Positions 54,054 to 64,000 of a stretch of DNA of 64,000 nucleotides are shown in pieces. The notes beneath the pieces are model-generated. The model saw only the letters and a program-made list of their open reading frames with translations. It was not told the origin of the DNA and ran no database searches. A program made the position numbers and the translations under genes. Origin of the DNA: Octopus sinensis (lineage: Eukaryota); NCBI RefSeq assembly GCF_006345805.1, contig NC_043005.1:77500001-77564000 (forward strand), in the 5' to 3' direction. Within the stretch, counting starts at the first letter, position 1, and every line of letters starts with the position of its first letter.

Positions 54054-54339
54054 TAGTTTCGTTTGATGTTCTTTCTGGGCGAGTTGGCAGAAACGTTAGC
54101 ACGCAGGGCGAAATACTTAGCGATATTTCGTCTGTCTTTACGTTCTGAGATCAAATTCCGCCGAAGTCGACTTTGCATTTCATCCTTTCGGGGTCGATAA
54201 ATCAAGTACCTTGTGCCTAGAGCAGAAGTGAATATTCTTTCTGGGGAAATTTTCATTAAGATCATTTTTTAATGTTCTTTGAAAGTAATACAGTTATTAA
54301 ATAATGTAAGATATGTATCAAGCGTGCGTTATATTCTTA

Positions 54340-54720
54340 GAAGCACTCCGTCGGTTACGACGACGACGCGGGTTCCGGTTGATCCGATCAACGGAACAGC
54401 CTGCTCGTGAAATTAACGTGTAAGTGGCTGAGCACTCCACAGACACGTGTACCCTTAACGTAGTTCTCGGGGATATTCAGCGTGACACAGAGAGTGACAA
54501 GGCCGGCCTTTGAAATACAGGTACAACAGAAACAGGAAGTAAGAGTGAGAGAAAGTTGTGGTGAAAGAGTACAGCAGGGGTCACCACCATCTCTGCCGGA
54601 GCCTCGTGGAGCTTTAGGTGTTTCGCTCAATAAACACTCACAACGCCCGGTCTGGGAATCGAAACCGCGATCCTACGACCGCGAGTCCGCTGCCCTAACC
54701 ACTGGGCCATTGCGCCTCCA
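54340..54720 (-). mobile_element. SINE family C, full-length copy
   Basis: Near-identical to other family C copies. Confidence 0.93.
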
Positions 54721-54902
54721 CCGTACGTTATATATACTAAGGAAAGAGCTACAATGTGACGATTACAGATGGATCTCAAGCTTGTTTTCTTTTTTTTTTT
54801 ACTTGTAACAATTACTGTGCTTAACTGGGTGATGCTCATCCTGCTCCATATCCTACGACACACAGTCTCCAACCCATAATACAGCCACATTAGATGCCGT
54901 AA

Positions 54903-55287
54903 TCTCTCTATATATAAAGCTGATGTTGTCTGTGTATAGCAGGTTTGGTAGCCTTCAACTAACACTATCTCCTCCGAGACCCTGCGGCGCATGTTGACCA
55001 AAATTGAGAGTATGATAGAAGAAGGCTTGCTCTTCCTTCCGTAGAAGAAAAATTCAAATCGGACCATGTTAACACCAAAAATTATTTACATCAAAAAGGT
55101 GCTTATTTTTCTATGAAAATCCCCATTTTTAAGTTTTTTGACAGCTGTGTCACCATTTTTCGGTGTATTTCAACCAGAAAAATCTTAACGAGAATAACAA
55201 GCTACATAATGCAAAATGTTTACTTTTTAAAAATTCCAATTCTAAAGGGTCGAAACAAACCCGAGTAACGCCGGGCGATACTGCTAG
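54903..55287 (+). mobile_element. Complete non-autonomous Helitron
   Basis: A|TC 5' end (TCTCTCTATATATAAAG), subterminal CCCGAGTAACGCCGGG hairpin, CTAG|T 3' end. Confidence 0.85.
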
Positions 55288-55690
55288 TTTTTTTTATATA
55301 TTTAAAAACTTTTTAAAGCGCGTCTTACACACTGGTATATACAGTACTTCTCACTCTCTTTAAAAGTAACTAATCATTTAGTGTCACCTTATGATAAGTA
55401 CGTCTAAATCATCGCTAGTTATATTGCCGTTGGGACCATATACCAACGAGGAACAAGTAGGCTTGATAGTAAGCGGGAGTTTTTACAAGGCGGTTTAATT
55501 ATAATCAACACTGACAAATCTAAATCGGACTCGATACTAGTTTAACATAGTACAGCCTAATCAATTGCATTATTTATGCTGCTATCGAATATGCTTCGTT
55601 CCGATAAAGCAAATATATCGATTAGATATTTCTGTCAGTGTAGCAAAAATTAATGTGTAATCAGATATATTACTTGTTACTGATTCGTTG

Positions 55691-56068
55691 TGGAGGCGCA
55701 ATGGCCCAGTGGTTAGGGCAGCGGACTCGCGGTCGTAGGATCGCGGTTTCGATTCCCAGACCGGGCGTTGTGAGTGTTTATTGAGCGAAAACACCTAAAG
55801 CTCCACGAGGCTCCGGCAGGGATGGTGGTGATCCCTGCTGTACTCTTTCACCACAACTTACTCTCACTCTTACTTCCTGTTTCTGTTGCACCTGTATTTC
55901 AAAGGGCCGGCCTTGTCTCTCTCTGTGTCACGCTGAATATCCCCGTAAGGGTACACGTGATTGTGGAGTGCTCAGCCACTTACACGTTAATTTCACGAGC
56001 AGGCTGTTCCGTTGATCGGATCAACCGGAACCCTCGTCGTCGTCGTAACCGACGGAGTGCTTCCGTCC
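55691..56068 (+). mobile_element. SINE family C with a perfect 12-bp TSD
   Basis: ACTGATTCGTTG at 55679-55690 and 56069-56080. Confidence 0.95.
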
Positions 56069-56499
56069 ACTGATTCGTTGCTGTTGTTCTTGTTGTTTAT
56101 CTCCAAATCAGATCTATTATTAAAAAGCATTCCTGCTACGACCGTCCCACCTTTTCTGATAGTTTTTCAGTCTGAATATGCACTTCTTTTTTAAGATGAA
56201 GTCGTGTAATTTTAGTAAGAGTATTCAAGTAGATCAGGCATGGGCAACCAACGGCCTGCAAAGACTTTCTGCATAACGTGTGGCTAAAAGTGTTGAGTAT
56301 CGAATAAACAACTGCTTCGTTTGTTGTAGAGTTAGCTAAGTTAATTATCCAGGAAAAATCTGGATGCTTGTAGGATTATCTCGTGATGGAAATCGTCTCT
56401 TAAATGAACTCTGAAAACTGAGGATGAAGAATTACAAATACGATATAAAGCATAAAAAGATAATGTAATTGTGCTGCTTTGTGTAAGGTGCTGGTCATC

Positions 56500-56600
56500 A
56501 GCCAAAATTTCGGTCCCGTCTTCCGCGGTTGGATCGCTGCCTTATACGGCGACATCCGCTCGGTAGTAGTTCGCGTAAATGGTCATCTATCCAGACCTAA
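56500..56600 (+). mobile_element. L1/Tx1-clade reverse-transcriptase fragment
   Basis: FGPVFRGWIAALYGDIRSVVVRVNGHLSRP matches the L1/Tx1 RT motif FGxxFxxWIxxLY...VxVNGxLS. Confidence 0.75.
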
Positions 56601-56609
56601 CGAAAAATT

Positions 56610-56990
56610 ACTCTTTACTCTTTACTCTTTTACTCTTTTACTTCTTTTGACTGTGGCCATGCTGGAGCACCGCCTTTAGTCGAAGAAATCGACCCCAGGA
56701 CTTATTCTTTGTGAGCCTAGTACTTATTAACTGCTAGTTTACGGGGACGTAAACACACCAGCATCGGTTGTCAAGCGATGTTGGGGGGACAAACACATAC
56801 ATACACATATATATATACATATACATATATACGACGGGCTTCTTTCAGTTTATGTCTACCAAATCCACTCACAAGTCCTTGATCGGCCCGAGGCTATAGT
56901 AGAAAACACTTGCCCAAGGTACCACGCAGTGGGACTGAACCCAGAACCATGTGGCTGGTAAGCAAAGTACTTGCCACACAGCCACTTCCT
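56610..56990 (-). mobile_element. SINE family B
   Basis: Reverse complement, head to tail. Confidence 0.9.
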
Positions 56991-59049
56991 TGGTAAATTT
57001 ACCTTGAAATTTTTCAAAAGTTTCTTTCGCCCGATCACGAGCCACGTCTCATGCGGCCCGCTTCTCGAATAAAGGATACCCACGGCCGATACAAACACTC
57101 CCTCGTTAGCTCACTGAGTTACTTGTTTTAATTGCTTGCTGACATTCAATCAATTAGATTATACATTAAGCAATCTCATTTATACCAGACTAGCTGGCAA
57201 CCAGCGACAATTCCACTTTTCTCTAGCAAATCTCAGAACATCTTTTATTTTACATTCTCTTCCAGCAAACACCCACGCACCCACCCATCCACATACCCCT
57301 CATGTAAAAAAAACCAACCCAACCCAACCCCTTCGCTACGTTGAATTATTTGATTAAACTGATTGAATACTTTCGGACGTGACACTGAATAAGGTTGGAT
57401 AGATTCTGAGGTTGCGCTAAAAACCTGTAACCTCTTTTTTGCTTCGCTTTCCAATAAAGATATAATTTTATATCCTTGGCAACCAAAATATTCGTGATGT
57501 GCGTTTTGACTCGCAGCTCATAAATTCCACGTATTTTTTGTTTTGTTTTCCGGGGTTTTGTTGTTGTTATTATTATTACTGTTGCTGCTGCTGCTGCTGC
57601 TGCCGCTGTTGTTGCTGTTGTTGTTGTTGCTTTTGTTACTGCTGCTGCTGATGTTGATGATGATGATGATGTGTTGTTGTTTTTGTTGTTGGTGTAGGTA
57701 TTGTAGTTGTGATTGCTGTTTTTGCTGCTGCTGTTGTTGTTATTATTGTTAATGTTGTTGTTGTTGTTATTGTTGTTGTTGTTTTTGTTGTTCTTGTTGT
57801 TCATGTTCTTGTTCTTGTTCTTGTTGATTTATGTACGGTTACTTTTGACTTGCTTGTTTGTGTTCTACAATGATACTGTGCTCCATTGTTTTTGTGGGGT
57901 TATATATATATTTTTTTTCCTTTGTATATTTATATATGTTTATCGATTCTTTGACAAATAATGTAAATTTATAATCAATCTTTTAATTACACTGTAAAAT
58001 TAATTCCAAAGAATTACCAAGTAAAAAATAAGAAAATACGAAAAATAACCAAAGACGAAGTTGACATAAACCATTGTTTATCAATATGAAAATTCTATGA
58101 ATATCAAATATATAATATATGTGATTACAATTTCTCCTACAATTGTTCGCAGCTGAAAAGATTTTTCAGATACAATTAATTGTTAATTGTGTTTGCATAA
58201 GAAAAATAATAAAGAAAAAAAAAATAATAATAATAATAAACAAAAAAAGCATTGCAGATATCGAACACTGGGGAAATAATTCAAGACCAAAAACAAGCAA
58301 TCATCTATAATCCAATGAGATGATTAAACAAACGAACAAAGGTGGCCTGTTTAATAGAGTACAAGACAATCAGCCAAGGATTCCGTTGTTCGTGTCCTGT
58401 TAGAATAACTTGTAAAGGTTTTGTATTTGATTCCAATATTCTCTTAACCCTTCAACTGCGATATTAAGTTCCATGGTTATTTCCAGTTACGATTTTTAAT
58501 TTCTACCAAAAAAAAAAGATAGAATTGATCTTTTCAATAAGTCACGTTGCCTCAGCAAACTTGACATATCTCAACAGAAAATAGTTCCATACATAACATT
58601 CCTCAACAAAAGATAGACTTATATATAAAAATGTTACCGCAATTAAGGGCAATGAAATTTTGAGTGCGTCCATTAGCTTTCCGTAGTAAAAGGCTTAGAT
58701 TTAAAATGTCTTTTTATATTTTACTTAAACTCTTCGCTCCCTTTTTTCTCCACTATGTTCGATTTTGGAGGCACATGGCCTAGTGGTTAGAACAGCAGAC
58801 TCACAGTTGGGGGATCGCGGGTTCGAATCTCAGACCGGGCGTTGTATGTGTTTATGAGCGAAACACTTGAGCTCCACGCGGCTCCGGCAGAAGGTAATGG
58901 CGGACTTCTTCTGACTCTTTCGCCACAACTTTCTCTCACTCTTTCCTCCTGCATCTAGCAGCTCACCTGCGACGGACCAGCGTCTCGTCCAGGTGGGGAA
59001 CCTATACGCCAAGGCGTGGCTCGAGAAGGAACAAACAATGTTCGATTCT

Positions 59050-59435
59050 AGGCTGCCATTTCTGATCCTCTCCATTTGGATCCCTTCCCGTTTTTGTTTT
59101 CTTTTTTTTCGGCTCTGCCCTTCATTACCCAGCTTCTGGGCATCCCCTCTTCTGCATCCCTTGTAGGATCCAGATCAGGGTCTGACATGTCATATGTTTC
59201 CCTTACTCTCCTAGATCTTGTCATCGATGCTTCTATAACTTTGTTTTGATTTTTGTTTTATTACAAGGTAGGGATATTGGTCCTATTTTTACCTCGGGGA
59301 AGAAGTGGTTCATATTAGCCTGACCCCTTTTTTTTGACCTGTCTAAAATGGGAGTCCTTACGGAAGTTTCTGCTCCGCTGGCAAAGCTCTCAGGGTCAGT
59401 GAGATACACAAGCCACCAGGCAGCAACAAGGAGAG
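59050..59435 (-). mobile_element. RTE-clade LINE 5' end fragment
   Basis: Minus strand CCTTGTTGCTG..GGCTTGTGTATCTCACTGACCCTGAGAGCTTTGCC..GACAGGTC resembles the conserved RTE/BovB 5' UTR block. Confidence 0.55.
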
Positions 59436-59545
59436 GACTTTATGGTGGAAACGGTCTTGTAGGCTTAGCAGATTACGTATAAGTTAAAATTTATATGTGG
59501 AGGCGCATGGATCAGTAATTAGAGCGGACTTGTACTTCGAACTGG

Positions 59546-59948
59546 TATTTTTATTGCCCACAGGGGTCTAAATATAGAGTGGACAAACAAAGAGTTAAGT
59601 CGATTACCTCGACCCCAGTGCGTAACTGCTACTTATTTAATCGACCCCGAAAGGATGAAAGGCAAAGTCGACCTCGGCGGAATCTGAACTCAGAACGTAA
59701 CGGCAGACGAAATACATATTTCTTTACTACTCATAAGGCGCTAAACACAGAGAGGACAAACAAGGACAGACAAACGGATTAAGTCGATTATATCGACCCC
59801 AGTGTGTAACTAGTACTTACTTAATCGACCCCGAAAGGATGAAAGGCAAAGTCGACCTCGGCCGAATTTGAACTCAGAACGTAGCGGCAGACGAAATACC
59901 GCTAAGCATTTCACTCGGCGTGCTAACGATTCTGCCAGCTCACCGCCC
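59546..59948 (-). mobile_element. SINE family A dimer
   Basis: Two tandem units joined at CGAAATACATATTTCTTTAC. Confidence 0.9.
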
Positions 59949-60571
59949 TACAAAAAGGTACCAGTTGAGCTGATAAAATAAGTCGTCGATAAGATAAGTA
60001 CCAGTTGAGCACTGGGATCTATATAATTGATTTATCCAATTCCCTAAAATTGCTGGCCTTGTGCCAAAATATGAAATTAATATAAAGGTTACTCCATAGC
60101 AGAATCAGCATCACACACTGTGTCGAACGAACAACGAAATACGGTTCGTCAAAATCAACGGAGATCCATTTAGCTTTAGAGTGTTGTCCTAAAATTTACG
60201 TGTGTTAGAAAAATTATCTGCGCAGATAGTAATGTGATTCATCACTCATCTTAATACCACCGAAGCAGCAGATAATTCTATCCTGTTTCAGGACAAATGT
60301 TTAAAGGCGGAAGGAACGAGAATAAAGGTAACACTGTTTCATTAAATAGCTCCAAAATTCCATCACACCCATCTGTATATGTATCTATGGGTATTTATAT
60401 CCGTATTTTTCTATGTTGCTCCAATGCATGCCACTGGTCGCTCTGAGTTACTTCTCTTAGTCCATTTTTGTTTAAAGTATGCAAATTACCTAAGCCATGA
60501 ATGTATTCTACTCTTTTCTATATAAGTCTATGTCACATGGCTCCTGGATGTAAGGCTGGACAATGGTCGTG

Positions 60572-60604
60572 CTGATGACGGCTGTTGCGCCAGAAACACG
60601 TATC
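60572..60604 (+). ncRNA. Degenerate hammerhead core
   Basis: CTGATGA-CGGC-TGTTGC-GCCA-GAAA-CACGTA-TC; helix I not clearly paired. Confidence 0.45.
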
Positions 60605-60989
60605 CTTCAAATGTCACTTTATCTGCAGGTAAGAGCTTGTCGTTTTCCTTAGTGGTATGTCAATTTTAAGGAAATTTTTCAATCTGGAGATTATCTCCCC
60701 TTCTCACATGGAGCTGGTCTTCATTATCATTTGGCAATTATACATCTTTCAGAGACGGAGATAATTTTAATAAATGAAGAATTTATGTTGTATGGTATTT
60801 GACAAACCTGTATTAGTCTATCTAACTGCATTTTGATTATGAAGACCTTCAAGTTCTGTCCAACTTCGGATGATCTTTTAGATATACTGTCTTAAGTTCT
60901 ACCGTTTCTTCGCGTAGCTTTGGAGCGAATTCAAGGTGCATATCATCCCATTCGCTCGTCTTATTCACTCCATCTATCCACTTCATGCA

Positions 60990-61440
60990 CAGTCGTAGTT
61001 GTGTGGTAAGAAGTAGGCTTCCAAACCACATGTTTCTGTGTTCAGTCCTACCGTGTGGCATCTTGGGCTAGCGTATCTTTCACTATAGCCACAGGTCGAC
61101 CAAACCCTTATGAGTGAATCAGGTGGACAGAATGTGAAAGAAGCTTGCCGTATGTGTCTGTCTGTCTGACTGTCTATCTACCTATCTATCCATTTATCTA
61201 GCTAACTTTCTACCGGTGCATGTGTCTGTGTTTGCGTTTGTCTTACAAATACCAGTTGACAACCAACCGGTTTTGGTGTGCTTACGTCTCCGTAACTTAG
61301 CTGTTCGGCAAAAAAAGAATAAGTACCAGTCATAGAAAAAAGAAAATAAGTACTAGTGTCGATTCATTCGACTTAAAACCCTTCGGAGTGGTGCCCCAGC
61401 ATGGACGCAGTACACTGACCAAAACAGGTAAAAGTAAAAA
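60990..61440 (+). mobile_element. Old SINE family B copy
   Basis: Degenerate head, body and CCCCAGCATGG tail. Confidence 0.8.
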
Positions 61441-61539
61441 ATAAAAAAACAAAAAAGGCTGAAATTTCATTGCATCGCACGCATCTCTCTACGTCCGTTT
61501 CTATGTATGTTTGCAAATACCTACGCATGTAATTATGTC

Positions 61540-61975
61540 GCTTATGAGGTGACCCCCAAGTTATACTCGCCTTTTGATGATCATAGATACTCACCGTCTT
61601 CAGTCCTGCCTGTTCATCACATGTGTTTCGAGGGAATTCAGTATGCCATCCTACTTGCCTTCTTTATTCCATCGACAAACCTTGTGTACGGTCGCCATTT
61701 TTTCTCTCTATTTAATTGAACTTCTAGTTTTCATTCACATAATTCTCGCATTCATGCCATCTGCCCGTATAACGTAACCAAAGAATTTTAATCTTTCTTT
61801 GACAATCAATGCTTCCAGAGCACTCTCTAGTTTCATTTGCTGCATTATTGATCTGTTATTTTATCCGTCCATGTTATTCTCTATAATCTTCTCCAGCACC
61901 TCATTTTGAATACATCAATTTTCTTTCTATCATCTTTGTTAATTGTCCAGTTTTCGCATCCATACATCACTACTG
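61540..61975 (-). mobile_element. RTE (BovB-like) LINE 3' fragment
   Basis: Minus strand VVMYGCENWTINKDDRKKIDVFKMRCWRRL.RITWT matches the RTE YGCExW...FExxCWRR motif. Confidence 0.85.
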
Positions 61976-62041
61976 CTGGATGCAGCATTTATTTTAAACG
62001 AACTGCAATACCGACTTTGTTCTTCATTCTTTTCATCTATG

Positions 62042-62077
<36 letters not shown>

Positions 62078-62159
62078 ATACATATATATATATACATACA
62101 TATATATGTATGTATATATATATATATATTATATATATATATATATACATATATATATG

Positions 62160-62196
<37 letters not shown>

Positions 62197-62363
62197 CTGT
62201 TGCCTGTTTGCCTATTTATCTATTAACGGGTTTGCATGGTAAGAAACATTTCTATACATATGTATGCGCATACATGTATACTTACATGTGTATAGTATAT
62301 AATATACATCCTATATGTGTGTGCGTGGTGTGCGTATACATAGACACACATATGTATACATAA

Positions 62364-62396
<33 letters not shown>

Positions 62397-62440
62397 ATAT
62401 ATATATACACGCACACACAGACATACATACATACATTTAT

Positions 62441-62472
<32 letters not shown>

Positions 62473-62512
62473 GTTTGCATGTATGCATATACACACACAC
62501 ACACGCACACAC

Positions 62513-62730
62513 ACGAGGGGATGCTGAAAAGATGTTGGCTTTAAGGGCGTCACGAAAGGCCTGGTTGGAGGCCCAACCTTCTAAGTTCTTTTACAGGGCT
62601 TAGAAAAACTGAAGGACCGTTGTAGTTAGCGTGTGAATCTGAGAGGGGAATATCTAGAATAAAATCATTAGCTGATCCTCCTGTACTTTCTTTCACCCAA
62701 AGCCAAGAACTTTTCACCCCGCTCCCCCGT
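62513..62730 (+). mobile_element. Mariner-derived MITE retaining the transposase C-terminus
   Basis: TIRs ACGAGGGGATGCTGAAAAG..TGGCTTT and AAAGCCAAGAACTTTTCA..CCCCCGT; remnant GLEKLKDRC...NLRGEYLE. Confidence 0.75.
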
Positions 62731-62984
62731 GGCTTAGTGGTTAAGGTGTCGGACTCATCATCGTAAGATTGTGGTATCGATTCCTAGGCTCGGTGATGCA
62801 CTGCGTTCTTGAGCAAAACACTTCATTTCACTTTGCTGGCAAACGTAAGTAATCCAGCAACGAACCGTGTCGTCCGGGATAATGCAGTGCTGAGGGGTGT
62901 ATATATACGTCAAAGAAACCAGGAGAACGATCTTGTGGCTCTATATGACTCGGGAAGGGGTTTTAACATTTACAGATGTGTGCT

Positions 62985-64000
62985 CCTTTATGCATATATA
63001 AGCTTGTTTATGTGTATATATGCTGGTATATACGTGTGTATATATGGGGTCTGATCAATAAGTACCTGGACTGTTACCATAGTAAGGAAGCTAAAGCGCG
63101 CAGAGTAAAGTCGCTTGGCAGAGATTGACCTTGAACTCTACAGTGCATGCGCACTAAGTTCTAACTTTCTAGCTCACATCTGCTGTTTACAGCAGTGCTT
63201 CGAAGGAACGTGTATACTTGTTTATGCGTATAAATACTTATGTAAACATGCTTCTTTATGCGTATATATGGTTCTTTATACTTATATGTGCTTCCTTATG
63301 AATATATAAGCTTGTTTGTGTGTATATATGTCTTCTTTATGCGTACGTATATATGATTGTTAATGCATATATATGTTACTTTATGCGTATATAAGCTTGT
63401 TTATGTGTATATATACCTGTTTTTGTATTTATGCTCGTTTACACATATATATATATATGATTGTTTATATATATATATATGCGTATATAGCTTTCTTATG
63501 CTTATATATGCTTGTTTGTGTGTATTTATGCTTGTTTATGCGTATAAATGCTTGTTTATGATATATTCTTCTTTATGTGTAAATATGCTTGTTTGTTTGC
63601 ATGAATGTATGCCTGTTTATGCGTATGTATGCTTGTATATGCGTGCGTATATATATGGGTAGAATTCACAAAAAAAAATAATAAAAGACGAAGACAGGTG
63701 GTGTAGACAACAAGCAGATGTATTAGTTTAACGCTCGGGGAGTGGAAAAGTCTTTAACATTTCGAGCCTATGCTCTTCCACAGAAAGGAACACAGAAAGA
63801 AACAAGGAGAAAAAATAAAGAATGTGTAGTGGTTAGTGATCTATCGTGGCGAAGGCTTCTTTATGAGTACATATGTATGCTTTTTTAACCATATATGTGA
63901 TTGTTTATTCATATATATTCTTTTTTATGCGTATATAAACTATTTATGCGTATATACGCTTCTTTGTGTGTATTTATACTTGTTTATGCGTATTTATGCT
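62985..64000. repeat. Degenerate ~20-bp minisatellite (TGCTTGTTTATGCGTATATA-like), interrupted by insertions
   Basis: Recurring GCTTGTTTATG(C/T)GTATAT units; mariner-like 5' piece at 63045-63210 and a hammerhead element at 63655-63855. Confidence 0.8.

Noticed and set aside
60616-60635. Recursive splice-site-like TTTATCTGCAG|GTAAGA
   Set aside because: Single motif within a probable pLTR remnant; cannot be distinguished from chance without RNA data

Overview
This is 64 kb of very AT-rich, repeat-saturated animal DNA, intronic or intergenic, with one 100-N assembly gap. The tRNA-derived SINE set and the microsatellite load suggest an octopus genome; this is inferred from remembered repeat families, not from a search. 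No intact host protein-coding gene is recognisable, and almost every ORF in the supplied track is a microsatellite or SINE artefact. The window contains: (1) dozens of copies of about four tRNA-headed SINE families; (2) fossil DNA transposons (Tc1, several mariners, a Tigger-like MITE, piggyBac-like and Helitron-like non-autonomous elements); (3) LINE scraps (RTE, R4/Dong-like, L1/Tx1); (4) a dense cluster of Penelope-like elements (Neptune- and Naiad-type GIY-YIG fragments) lying in (TA)n tracts with inverted pseudo-LTRs. The most notable signals are at least eight hammerhead-ribozyme motifs from several families, an intron-containing tRNA-Lys(UUU) gene with a damaged 5' acceptor strand, and an ancient alternating ~340/~265-bp higher-order repeat of unknown function. 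The hammerheads include a canonical one with an expanded UUCG-capped helix II, a compensated U3-A8 core, a recurring A6U core, and one fused to a tRNA-like Pol III head. All structures were read by eye and boundaries are approximate unless stated.
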